Origin: Bosea sp. (in: a-proteobacteria) | Lineage (GTDB): Bacteria > Pseudomonadota > Alphaproteobacteria > Rhizobiales > Beijerinckiaceae | Reading direction: 5' to 3' | Assembly: GCA_021732895.1 (NCBI GenBank) | Contig: JAKFWE010000170.1 | Coordinates: 1-33,324, forward strand | DNA: 33,324 nt | Part shown: piece by piece, positions 1 to 7,683 of the stretch | Position numbering within the stretch: position 1 is the stretch's first letter | Layout of the letters: each line of letters starts with the position of its first letter | Program-made: the position numbers and the translations under genes | Notes under the pieces: generated by a model | What the model was told of the DNA's origin: nothing | Database searches by the model: none | Seen by the model: only the letters and a program-made list of their open reading frames with translations

Positions 1-1
1 G

Positions 2-325
2 GTCGAGCCCGAGGATTCACCGGTCCTGTCCGGGGGCGCCGCCGGCCCGCACAAGATCCAGGGCATCGGGGCGGGTTTCGTGCCCGGCATCCTCGACCGC
101 TCGGTGATAGACGAGGTCGTGACGGTCGGCAACCAGACCTCGTTCGAGACCTCGCGGGCGCTGGCGAAGGCCGAGGGCATCCCGGCCGGCATCTCGTCGG
201 GGGCGGCCGTCGCCGCTGCGCTCGAAGTCGGCGCGCGACCGGAGAACGCCGGCAAGACGATCGTGGTGATCATCCCCTCCTTCGCCGAGCGCTATATTTC
301 GAGCGCCCTGTTCGAGGGGCTCTGA
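2..325 (+). CDS. cysK: Cysteine synthase A, 3' part (truncated by window start)
   Basis: Frame from nt 2 reads [32 protein letters not shown]...[12 protein letters not shown]...[15 protein letters not shown], which are hallmark O-acetylserine sulfhydrylase motifs ([16 protein letters not shown], PSxxERY). Confidence 0.95.
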   Translation, partial: VEPEDSPVLSGGAAGPHKIQGIGAGFVPGILDRSVIDEVVTVGNQTSFETSRALAKAEGIPAGISSGAAVAAALEVGARPENAGKTIVVIIPSFAERYISSALFEGL

Positions 326-362
326 GCCGGGGCGCATCGCGCGCGCGTCGGCCGCCAGCCAC

Positions 363-391
363 GCCTCCCCCGCCGCGCCGGCGGGAGAGGC
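363..391. terminator. GC-rich hairpin between convergent genes, possible bidirectional terminator or REP-like unit
   Basis: GCCTCCCCCGCCG-CGC-CGGCGGGAGAGGC forms a 13-bp stem with one mismatch. It lies between the cysK stop and the stop of the 392..1933 gene. No clear U-tract. Confidence 0.45.
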
Positions 392-1933
392 TTACTCCGC
401 CGCCTCGCGCGGCGCTTCGCCCGACAGCGGGGCTGGCGTCTCGCAGCCCGTGACGCAGCAGCGGCCGGGCTGCTTCGAGACCCGCGAGCCGTCCGCCAGC
501 ACGCCGCGATCGAGCAGGCTCTCGACCAGCTCGACTTTCTCCATCACGGGGTAGTTGCGCCAGATCTCGCGCTTCATCGCCTCGGGCGAGCCGCCGCCAT
601 GCAGCGAGATCACCGAATACCAGCCGGCTTCCTTCGAGACCGTCAGGTCCTCGATGAAGCGCGCCACCTCGGCCCGCTGGGCATGGGGAATGTCGGGCCG
701 CCCGGTCAGCACGGCGGAGAGCGAGGCGGCGGTTTCGGGGTTGTGGTCCTCGTCGGGCCCCGGCAGCGCCACGATCAGGCCGCCCGAAACGTAATGCGCG
801 ATCCTGTGCATGTCGTAGATCTTCGTCGCCAGCAGCAGCTTGCCGATATTGGAGAACACGATGTCGGGCATGACGTTGCCGGCGGGATCCTTCTGGCAAT
901 AGACGCTGGCCGCGACGCCGCAGGCGAAGAAGCTCTCGGTGATGGTGATCAGCTCGACCATCTGCTCGCGGACATGGGAATGGCGCTCGGCGTCGAGCCC
1001 GTTGGCCTCGATCATCAGCGCGCCCGCGCCGATCAGCAGATCGCCGAAGCCCGCCCGCGCCGCGATGCAGGTATGGCGATGATGGGTGGCGTAGCTCGTC
1101 GTCAGCAAGCCGGCCTCCTGCGTCTCGCCTGCCATGAAGACCCGCTCCCACGGCACGAAGACGTCGTCGAACATCACGACGCCGGTGGACTGGCCGTATT
1201 TCGAGGAAAACTTCGCCGCCGGATCGCCCGGCCGCCCGGCGGGGCGGGCGACGATCGTGACGCCGTCGGCGTCGCAGGGCACGGCGCAGCAGACCGCGAA
1301 ATCCTCGTCGCCCGGCGCATGCGTCCGGCAGGGCATGACGAGGAATTCGTGGACATAGGGTGCGCCGGTGACGATCGCCTTCGTGCCGCGAATGACGACG
1401 CCGCCGGCGCGGCGTTCCTTGATATGGACGTAGGAATCGCGGTTCTGCTGCTGGCCCGGGCGGAGCGAGCGGTCGCCCTTTGCGTCGGTCATGGCGATGC
1501 CGCAGGTCAGGTCCTCGTCCTGGACCTTGTGCATGTAGGCGCGGAAGCGGGCCGAATACTCCGTCCCGTGCTCGGCGTCCGCGCGCGCCGTCGCCTGCAA
1601 CAGGCCGTTGAAGGCGTCGTGGGTCAGGTAGCGCACGGCGCAGCCCGAAATCTTGCAGACCAGCCGCACGGCTTCGAGCTTCGCCAGCAGATCGGCCGAA
1701 CTCGTGTCGATATGCGTCATGCGGTTGACGGTCTTGCCCGAGCTGCCCTGCACGGCCGTCATGATCGGCAGATAGGCCGGCTCGTGCGCCAGATCATAGG
1801 TCACCCCGACGCCGTTGATCCCGGGCGCCAGCATCGGCTCGTCGGCGACGCTCTCGACCCTTCGGCCGTTGACGAAGACGCGCGGCCGATAGGCGCGCAG
1901 CGACTCGCGGTATCCGGCGGCGTCCATCAGCAT
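392..1933 (-). CDS. 4-hydroxybutyryl-CoA dehydratase (AbfD)/4-hydroxyphenylacetate 3-hydroxylase superfamily flavoprotein, non-canonical
   Basis: 513 aa with YRESLR..VFVNG, AMTDAKGDRS, IRGTKAIVTG, FDDVFVPWERVF, GDLLIGAGAL..EANG and SLHGGGSPEA. Overall closer to AbfD than to HpaB. Confidence 0.85.
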   Translation of the reverse strand: MLMDAAGYRESLRAYRPRVFVNGRRVESVADEPMLAPGINGVGVTYDLAHEPAYLPIMTAVQGSSGKTVNRMTHIDTSSADLLAKLEAVRLVCKISGCAVRYLTHDAFNGLLQATARADAEHGTEYSARFRAYMHKVQDEDLTCGIAMTDAKGDRSLRPGQQQNRDSYVHIKERRAGGVVIRGTKAIVTGAPYVHEFLVMPCRTHAPGDEDFAVCCAVPCDADGVTIVARPAGRPGDPAAKFSSKYGQSTGVVMFDDVFVPWERVFMAGETQEAGLLTTSYATHHRHTCIAARAGFGDLLIGAGALMIEANGLDAERHSHVREQMVELITITESFFACGVAASVYCQKDPAGNVMPDIVFSNIGKLLLATKIYDMHRIAHYVSGGLIVALPGPDEDHNPETAASLSAVLTGRPDIPHAQRAEVARFIEDLTVSKEAGWYSVISLHGGGSPEAMKREIWRNYPVMEKVELVESLLDRGVLADGSRVSKQPGRCCVTGCETPAPLSGEAPREAAE

Positions 1934-1980
1934 GGTCGGTTCTCCAGCCCGGCGGCGAAGCCGCGCGATTGCCGAAGAAG

Positions 1981-1995
1981 TTGAACGCTGTTAGA
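1981..1995. promoter_or_regulatory. Candidate TetR operator in AT-rich divergent intergenic region
   Basis: TTGAACGCTGTTAGA has a short AAC-N3-GTT inverted core in the only AT-rich patch between the divergent genes. Weak signal. Confidence 0.3.
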
Positions 1996-2026
1996 TTTTT
2001 CGTCAATCGAATTTGAAGGCTTTGCG

Positions 2027-2662
2027 GTGGCGCAGACGGAGACTACGGCAGGCCGGCGCAAGCGTGCCGTCACGGCGCTCAAGCGCGGCCTCATACTCGA
2101 CGCTGCCCGCGCGGTTTTCGAGCGCGACGGGCTCGACGGCGCGTCGCTGCGCGCCATCGCGGCGCAGGCCGGCTATTCGCCGGCCGCGCTCTACTTCCAT
2201 TTCGACTCCAAGGAAGCGCTCTACGCCGAGGTGCTCGGCCAGTCGCTGGTCGCGCTGCGCCGCCATGTCGAGGGCGCTGCGGCGCAGGCGGCGACGCCCG
2301 AAGCCCGCTTCAGCGCCGCTGCGCTGGCCTTCTTCGATTTTTACGCCGAGAAGCCGCGCGATCTCGATCTCGGCTTCTACCTGTTTCGCGGCGGCATGCG
2401 TCCGCACGGGCTCGGCCGGGAGCGCGACGCCGCGCTGAACGCAGGTCTGGAGGCGGCGCTTTCACCGATCGGGCACGCTGCGCAGGCGATGGCGGCCGAT
2501 ATGGCCGGGGCTCGCCTGGCGCAGGCCGACGCCTTCGCCCATGCGGTCGGCGTGCTGCTGCTGATGCATACCGGGCGCATCCGCATGTTCGGCGCGTCGC
2601 CGCGCCTGCTGATGGAGCGCCATGTCGCGGCCGCAGTCGCCGCGCTGGCGGCGCGGGCCTGA
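2027..2662 (+). CDS. TetR/AcrR family transcriptional regulator
   Basis: N-terminal HTH ILDAARAVFERDGLDGASLRAIAAQAGYSPAALYFHFDSKEALY. Divergent from the AbfD-like gene. Confidence 0.93.
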   Translation: MAQTETTAGRRKRAVTALKRGLILDAARAVFERDGLDGASLRAIAAQAGYSPAALYFHFDSKEALYAEVLGQSLVALRRHVEGAAAQAATPEARFSAAALAFFDFYAEKPRDLDLGFYLFRGGMRPHGLGRERDAALNAGLEAALSPIGHAAQAMAADMAGARLAQADAFAHAVGVLLLMHTGRIRMFGASPRLLMERHVAAAVAALAARA

Positions 2663-3082
2663 TCAGGCGGCCGGCGCGGCGTCGCAGGCTATCATCCAGT
2701 GCGTGCCGAAGCGGTCGCACAGCATGCCGAAACGCGGGGCCCAGAAGGTCGGCGCCATCGGCATCTTGATGCGCGCGCCCTCCGAGAGGGCGGCGAAGAC
2801 GCGTTCGGCCTCTGCGGGGGTTTCGAGCGTGACACTGACCGAGACGCTCTGCATCGGCCCTTCGCTGCGTTCGGGCGGCGCGTCCGACGCCATCAGCATC
2901 TGGTCGCCCAGCATCAGGCAGGCATGCATGATGATGTCGGGGTCGCTCGGGGGCGGCCCGGCGTCGCCCGGCATGTCGGAATAGCGCATCATCGCCTCGA
3001 TCCTGCCGCCGAAGATCGTCTCGTAGACCTGGAACGCCTCGGCGCAGTGTCCCGTGAAGAACAGGTAGGGCGCGACTTTCAT
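2663..3082 (-). CDS. VOC family protein (PhnB/glyoxalase-like)
   Basis: PYLFFTGHCAEAF..Y..IFGG, IMHACL, LMASD and TFWAPRFGMLCDRFGTHWMI are typical of PhnB-like VOC proteins. RBS GGAGG upstream. Confidence 0.9.
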   Translation of the reverse strand: MKVAPYLFFTGHCAEAFQVYETIFGGRIEAMMRYSDMPGDAGPPPSDPDIIMHACLMLGDQMLMASDAPPERSEGPMQSVSVSVTLETPAEAERVFAALSEGARIKMPMAPTFWAPRFGMLCDRFGTHWMIACDAAPAA

Positions 3083-3106
3083 GGTTTCCTCCGCGCGGTA
3101 TGGGGT

Positions 3107-3592
3107 TCAGCCGACGCGGCGGTAATGGGCGGTCATGAACTCGGTCCAGCCGCCCTCGCCATCAGGCACATAGGACGAGAGGATGCGATGATCCGGATCG
3201 ACCATCGTGACGACGTCGCGATAGGGCGAGATCGCGCCATACCCGGCCATGCCCGGCCCCTCGGTGTCGAGCGTCAGCACCGCGCCGGCCTCGTCGAGGA
3301 CGCCGTCATAGAGCCATTGGTGCGTCATCATCGAGCCGACGAAGCTGCCGACGAAACGCCCCTTGGCCGGGTCGAATCCCAGCGTCATCAGCGTCTTGCC
3401 GATCGTGCCGTCGGGCATCTCGCCCTCGCCGTGGCCGAGCGTCCAGAGCCCGCCGAGCGAGCGCACGCTCTCCTTGCCGCGCGATTTCTGGCGCGGCTGG
3501 TCCGGACCCATCGCGCAGTCCATCTCGGCGCTCCATTCGCCGACGAGCCGGGCCAGCCAGTCATGCTCCTTCTGCGGCTTGGCGAACATCAT
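3107..3592 (-). CDS. DUF1579-like protein
   Basis: PQKEHDWLARLVGEW, GKESVRSLGGLW, TLGFDPAKGRFVGSFVGSMMTH and YRDVV...HRILSS match the pattern I associate with DUF1579. Strong RBS upstream. Confidence 0.75.
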   Translation of the reverse strand: MMFAKPQKEHDWLARLVGEWSAEMDCAMGPDQPRQKSRGKESVRSLGGLWTLGHGEGEMPDGTIGKTLMTLGFDPAKGRFVGSFVGSMMTHQWLYDGVLDEAGAVLTLDTEGPGMAGYGAISPYRDVVTMVDPDHRILSSYVPDGEGGWTEFMTAHYRRVG

Positions 3593-3661
3593 CCTCGATC
3601 TCCTTCCTTCGGGTTCGACCGGCCGGGGTCTGCGACGCGCGGCCCGGCATGCGGCCTTCGA

Positions 3662-3767
3662 TCAGGTCTCGGCCCGCGCCTCGAGGGTCCGCAGGCCGGC
3701 CTCGAAATCGCCGCCGACCATGCGATCCATCTTCAGCCGCCAGAGCCGGCGGAATCGACTTCGTCAT
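3662..3767 (-). pseudogene. Deletion remnant: N-terminal stub joined out of frame to an SRPBCC-like C-terminus
   Basis: ATG at 3767 (GAGAAAAGCC upstream) gives MTKSIPPALAAE. A different frame at 3730..3662 gives MDRMVGGDFEAGLRTLEARAET*, resembling the terminal helix of SRPBCC/polyketide-cyclase proteins. Confidence 0.65.
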
Positions 3768-4134
3768 GGCTTTTCTCATTGGCCGCGGGGTCCCGTCCGC
3801 CGGCGTTCCCGCCGGCCCGCATCTCCGTCAGCAGGGTCTCGAGACGGCCGAGGCTCTGGTCCCAGAAGCGGGCATAGTGCTCGAGCCATTCCGACACCTC
3901 TTTCAACGGACCGGGATCGAGCCTGCAGGGCCGCCACTGGGCGGCGCGGCTGCGCGTGATCAGCCCCGCCCGCTCCAGCACCTTCAGGTGCTTGGAGACC
4001 GCCGGCAGGCTCATCGCGAACGGCTGGGCGAGTTCATTGACCGAGGACTCGCCCAGCGCGAGCCGCGCCAGGATCGCCCGGCGGGTCGGATCGGCGAGCG
4101 CCGACAGGGTTGCGCTGAGCGTGTCGGCGGCCAT
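3733..4134 (-). CDS. ArsR/SmtB family transcriptional regulator
   Basis: ALADPTRRAILARL..GESSVNELAQPFAMSLPAVSKHLKVLERAGLI.R.R.AQWRPC, the ArsR subfamily usually paired with SRPBCC proteins. Confidence 0.93.
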   Translation of the reverse strand: MAADTLSATLSALADPTRRAILARLALGESSVNELAQPFAMSLPAVSKHLKVLERAGLITRSRAAQWRPCRLDPGPLKEVSEWLEHYARFWDQSLGRLETLLTEMRAGGNAGGRDPAANEKSHDEVDSAGSGG

Positions 4135-4151
4135 CGACGGAACCTGTCCAG

Positions 4152-4196
4152 TAATTAACTATTCGGTTTAATACAGGGCGTGGCGCGCGCAGTCAA
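4152..4196 (-). promoter_or_regulatory. Sigma70-type promoter with overlapping ArsR operator
   Basis: Minus strand TTGACT (4196-4191), 17-nt spacer, TATTAA (4173-4168). The imperfect palindrome TAATTAAC-TATTCG-GTTTAATA (4152-4173) overlaps the -10 element. Confidence 0.7.
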
Positions 4197-4217
4197 GCCA
4201 GCTTCGCCGGCAGGCGC

Positions 4218-4970
4218 TCACCAGCCGGCGGCGCGGCGCAGCAGATCGAGCCCGATCACCGTCAGCAGCGCCTTCACGGTCGCCTGGAACCAGCGCTCGG
4301 GCAGCCTGTCGAGCAGCGTGGTGCCGAGCAGGGTGCCGGCGAAGCCGGCGAGGATCATCGCGACGACCAGCGGCAACCAGTCGCCGAAGGCGAAACCGAG
4401 CGCGCCGAAGGCGAAGACCTTGAGCAGATGCTGGATCGTGGTGCAGGCCGCGTGCGTCGCGATGAGCTGGCGCTTCTCGAGCCGCATCGGCAGCAGCAGC
4501 GCCTGCACGAACGGGCCGGTGGCGCCGACGAACATGGTGACGAAGGTGCAGATCCCGCCGCCAATGACGAGGCCGCTCGTCGCAAGCCCCGGAATGCGCG
4601 GCTTGGGGACCCAGGTCATCGCCAGAAGAAAGATTCCAAGCAGCCCCAGCAACGCCCGTTCCGGCAGCGCCACCACGAACAGCGCGCCGAACCCGACGCC
4701 GACGACGGACCCGGCAGTGAACCGCGCCACCAGCGGCCAGAGCGTATGCGCCCGCTGCACCACGGTGCGCCCGATATTGGAGCCTACCTGGACGAGCCCG
4801 TGCACGGCGATGATCACGGCGGGCGGCACCGTGCCCGCCAGGGCGCCGAGCATGATCGTGCCGCCGCCTATGCCGAAGGCGGCCGTGAAAGCGGATGTCA
4901 GGAAACTCGCCGCGATCAGCAGCAGGGCCGTGGCGGGCGAGAGGCCGGCCGGCAGAAAGGCGTCGGGCAT
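4218..4970 (-). CDS. Sulfite exporter TauE/SafE family membrane protein
   Basis: Likely start MPDAFLP at 4970. Hydrophobic repeats with AAFGIGGG, VGATGP and GTLLGTTLLDRLPERWF. Confidence 0.85.
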   Translation of the reverse strand: MPDAFLPAGLSPATALLLIAASFLTSAFTAAFGIGGGTIMLGALAGTVPPAVIIAVHGLVQVGSNIGRTVVQRAHTLWPLVARFTAGSVVGVGFGALFVVALPERALLGLLGIFLLAMTWVPKPRIPGLATSGLVIGGGICTFVTMFVGATGPFVQALLLPMRLEKRQLIATHAACTTIQHLLKVFAFGALGFAFGDWLPLVVAMILAGFAGTLLGTTLLDRLPERWFQATVKALLTVIGLDLLRRAAGW

Positions 4971-5197
4971 GGAAAGGCTCGCGAATCCGGCCAAGCACGG
5001 CCAGCGGGCCATCTTGCACGGCGCCGTGGGCGCGACAAAGCCGCCGCGCGCCGCCGCCGGCGGCCGGGCCGGAAACCACGTTGCGCATTGGCGCTTTACA
5101 ACCGGGGGTCGCGTGGTCTTTCCTGCCGGAAAGGCGGCGAGCCCTGCGCCCGACAACGCCGGTTACCAGCGACAGTCGCGTTATCAGGAGTGGCGTC

Positions 5198-5863
5198 ATG
5201 CGTCGTGTCTTCGGCATTCTGGCCGTGCTTTTTCTGTCGCTCGCGGGCCTGGCGGCCGCGCAGGCCGCGGTTCAGGTGCGGGTCGACATCGCCGCCCAGC
5301 GGATGCAGGTGACGACCAGCGACGGCGAGGTCCACAACTGGGTGATCTCCTCGGGACGGAAGGGCTTCCGCACGCCGAACGGGGTCTATCGCCCGACGCG
5401 GCTGGAGCGGAGCTGGTACTCGCGCAAATATGGCGGCGCGATGCCCCATTCGGTGTTCTTCCGCGGCGGCTACGCCATTCACGGCACCACGGCGATCGGC
5501 GCGCTCGGGCGGCCGGCCTCGCATGGCTGCATCCGCCTGCACCCGACCAACGCCGCCAAGCTCTTCGCGCTGGTCAAGAAGCACGGGGCCGGCTCGACCT
5601 CGATCGCGCTGAACGGCGCCGCGCCGGACAATCTCTCGCGCTTCGCCAAGGCGTCCGGCGGGACCAAGACCAAGATCGCCAAGGCGAAGGCCAGGAACAA
5701 GGCGGCCATCGCGAACGCCAAGGCGAAGAAGCGCGCCGCCATCGCGCAGCAGCGCAAGACGCCGAACTGGGACGCCGCGCGCGGGCAAATCCTGCTCAGG
5801 CCGACGATCCCTGCGAGCGCCACCGGCTACCAGCCGTGGAACGCCGGGCCGGGCTGGCGATAA
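5198..5863 (+). CDS. L,D-transpeptidase (YkuD/ErfK family) with signal peptide and Lys/Ala-rich tail
   Basis: RBS AGGAG then ATG at 5198. Signal peptide ending AAAQA. Motifs ISSGRKGFRTPNG and AIHGT...GRPASHGCIRL (catalytic His/Cys). Confidence 0.92.
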   Translation: MRRVFGILAVLFLSLAGLAAAQAAVQVRVDIAAQRMQVTTSDGEVHNWVISSGRKGFRTPNGVYRPTRLERSWYSRKYGGAMPHSVFFRGGYAIHGTTAIGALGRPASHGCIRLHPTNAAKLFALVKKHGAGSTSIALNGAAPDNLSRFAKASGGTKTKIAKAKARNKAAIANAKAKKRAAIAQQRKTPNWDAARGQILLRPTIPASATGYQPWNAGPGWR

Positions 5864-5891
5864 GGCGGCGTCCCGGCCGGCGCGCCGGAGT

Positions 5892-6785
5892 TCAGCGCGC
5901 GCCGCCGAGCCGCGGCGCGATCCGGAGCCAGCCCTCCAGCGTCTCGCCAGGAGCGAGCCGACGCAGCGGGGCGACGGCGCGGGCGGCTGTCTCGCTCGGT
6001 GAGCCGATGGCGTGGCTCTGCGGCTCGACGCAGAGAAAATCCGCGCCCGCCGGGGCCCAGACCACGGGACAGCGCAGGGTCTCGCCGGCGGTGAGGTCGA
6101 TCGCCAGCCCGAGCGACGGCGTCTCGATGCGCGCCCGCCCGTCCCAGCCGAGGAAGCTCCACGCGGTTTCGGCGCCGGTGGCGAAGACTGGCGTCGCGGC
6201 ATAGGGGCCGCCATCGGGCAATGCGACCGCGCCAACAGCCCTGAAGGCGTCGCCGAACACGAGTGCGCCGGCCGCGGTCATGCCCAGCCGCGTATCGGGC
6301 GCGCAGGCGAACCAGGGATGATGGCCGATGCCGTAGGGCAGTGCCGTATCCGCCTCGTTCGTCACGGACATCGCGATGGTCATACCGTCTTGGTCGAGGC
6401 CGACCTCCTGCCGCGCCAGGTAGCGATACGGGTCCGGCCCGCCGGTCCGCCTGTGTTCCAGAGCGGTATGGCCGCGACCCCGCGCGACGACCTCCCACGC
6501 GGCCTGCCAGCCGAAGCCGTGGATGGCGCCGCCGGTGTCGTTGGCGGGGACACGGAAGGCGCGCTCGCCATCGTCGACCAGCCCGTCGAAGGCGCGGTTG
6601 GCGAAGGGAACCATCGCCCAGCTCCCGAACAGGTTCGGGCTCGCGGTTCCGGCCACCGCGCCGTCCGGCGCATGCAGCAGCTTGCGCCAGCGGCCGTCCG
6701 GGCCGCGCCAGTCCAGCGCGGCGACGATGCCGCCAGCCTCGGGGACGATGCGGGCGACCAGCGGCCCCGCGCTGAGTTCGATCAT
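5892..6785 (-). CDS. Aldose 1-epimerase family protein
   Basis: MVPFANR, AIHGFGW, YGIGHHPWF and FLCVEPQSH are galactose mutarotase-like motifs. Confidence 0.88.
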   Translation of the reverse strand: MIELSAGPLVARIVPEAGGIVAALDWRGPDGRWRKLLHAPDGAVAGTASPNLFGSWAMVPFANRAFDGLVDDGERAFRVPANDTGGAIHGFGWQAAWEVVARGRGHTALEHRRTGGPDPYRYLARQEVGLDQDGMTIAMSVTNEADTALPYGIGHHPWFACAPDTRLGMTAAGALVFGDAFRAVGAVALPDGGPYAATPVFATGAETAWSFLGWDGRARIETPSLGLAIDLTAGETLRCPVVWAPAGADFLCVEPQSHAIGSPSETAARAVAPLRRLAPGETLEGWLRIAPRLGGAR

Positions 6786-6798
6786 GGGCGTCTCCGCT

Positions 6799-6854
6799 TC
6801 AGGCGATGAGCGGCGCCAGCCGCGTGTGTTTCCTCAGGCGATGAGCGGCGCCAG
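6799..6854. repeat. 21-bp exact direct repeat duplicating the 3' end of pcaR
   Basis: TCAGGCGATGAGCGGCGCCAG at 6799-6819 and 6834-6854 with a 14-bp spacer. Confidence 0.9.
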
Positions 6855-7616
6855 TCTCTCCTGCATCGCGCGCATGCGCGGCAGGAAGCGCTCGGCCATC
6901 GCGGCGGCCGAGGTGCGCTGCCGATGGCCGGACAGGTTGAACGCGCCGACGACCTCGCCGCGCCGGTTCAGCAGCGGCATGGCGAGCGAGACGAGGCCCA
7001 GTTCGAGCTCCTGATCGACGAGACACCAGCCCTGTGCCCGCACCGTTTCGAGAAGGTCCGCCAGCGCGGCCGGATCGGTGATCGTATGCGGCGTCAGCGC
7101 GCGGGGCGCCGCCTCGCGGATCAGCGCCTGCGCCCGCTGCGGCGGCAGCGCCGCCAGCAGGACCCGGCCCATGGACGAACAGAAGGCCGGCAGGCGCGAG
7201 CCGACGGAAAGCCCGACCGACATGATCCGGCGCTGCGCCGAGCGCGCGACATAGACGATCTCGTGCCCGTCGAGCAGGCAGGCCGAGGAGGATTCCTCGG
7301 TCTCCTCCGACAGCCGTTCGAGATAGGGCTGCACCAGTTGCGGGAGCGGCGCCGAGGCGAGCCAGGCGTGGCCGAGCCGCAGCACGCGCGGCGTCAGCCG
7401 GAAGAACTTGCCGTCGAATTCGGCGTAGCCGATCGTCTCCAGCGTCAGCAGGCAGCGCCGCGCCGCGGCGCGCGACAGCGCTGTTGCGCGCGCGACCTCG
7501 GCGATGGTGAGCCGGTGATGGGCCGCATCGAAGCAGGCGATCACGGCGAGGCCCTTTTCCAGCGCGGCCATGTGGTCGCGGCTGCGGGCCGGGGGCTCTG
7601 CGCTTGACGCATTCAT
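6834..7616 (-). CDS. pcaR: IclR family regulator, PcaR/PcaU/PobR type
   Basis: ALEKGLAVIACF...LTIAEVARATALSRAAARRCLLTL, LSVGSRLPAFCSSMGRVLLA and VDQELELGL. Divergent from the pcaIJHG genes. Confidence 0.9.
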   Translation of the reverse strand: MNASSAEPPARSRDHMAALEKGLAVIACFDAAHHRLTIAEVARATALSRAAARRCLLTLETIGYAEFDGKFFRLTPRVLRLGHAWLASAPLPQLVQPYLERLSEETEESSSACLLDGHEIVYVARSAQRRIMSVGLSVGSRLPAFCSSMGRVLLAALPPQRAQALIREAAPRALTPHTITDPAALADLLETVRAQGWCLVDQELELGLVSLAMPLLNRRGEVVGAFNLSGHRQRTSAAAMAERFLPRMRAMQERLAPLIA

Positions 7617-7630
7617 GACCGGGTTCTAGT

Positions 7631-7666
7631 GTTCGTTTATCAACATGATGTGCGATTAACGCACAT
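7631..7666. promoter_or_regulatory. PcaR-type operator: palindrome plus adjacent degenerate copy
   Basis: ATGTGCG-ATTAA-CGCACAT (7648-7666) and GTTCGTTTATCAACA (7631-7645) resemble the PcaR/PcaU/PobR consensus GTNCGATAATCGNAC. Confidence 0.8.
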
Positions 7667-7683
7667 ATCTCGGAGAGGTCAAG

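Noticed and set aside
4180-6204. 674-aa plus-strand ORF and many other long ORFs (e.g. 17790..19832, 21422..23158, 26096..27763, 31236..33317)
   Set aside because: Shadow or antisense frames of clear genes in very high-GC DNA. They are Arg/Gly/Ala/Pro-rich with no recognisable motifs.
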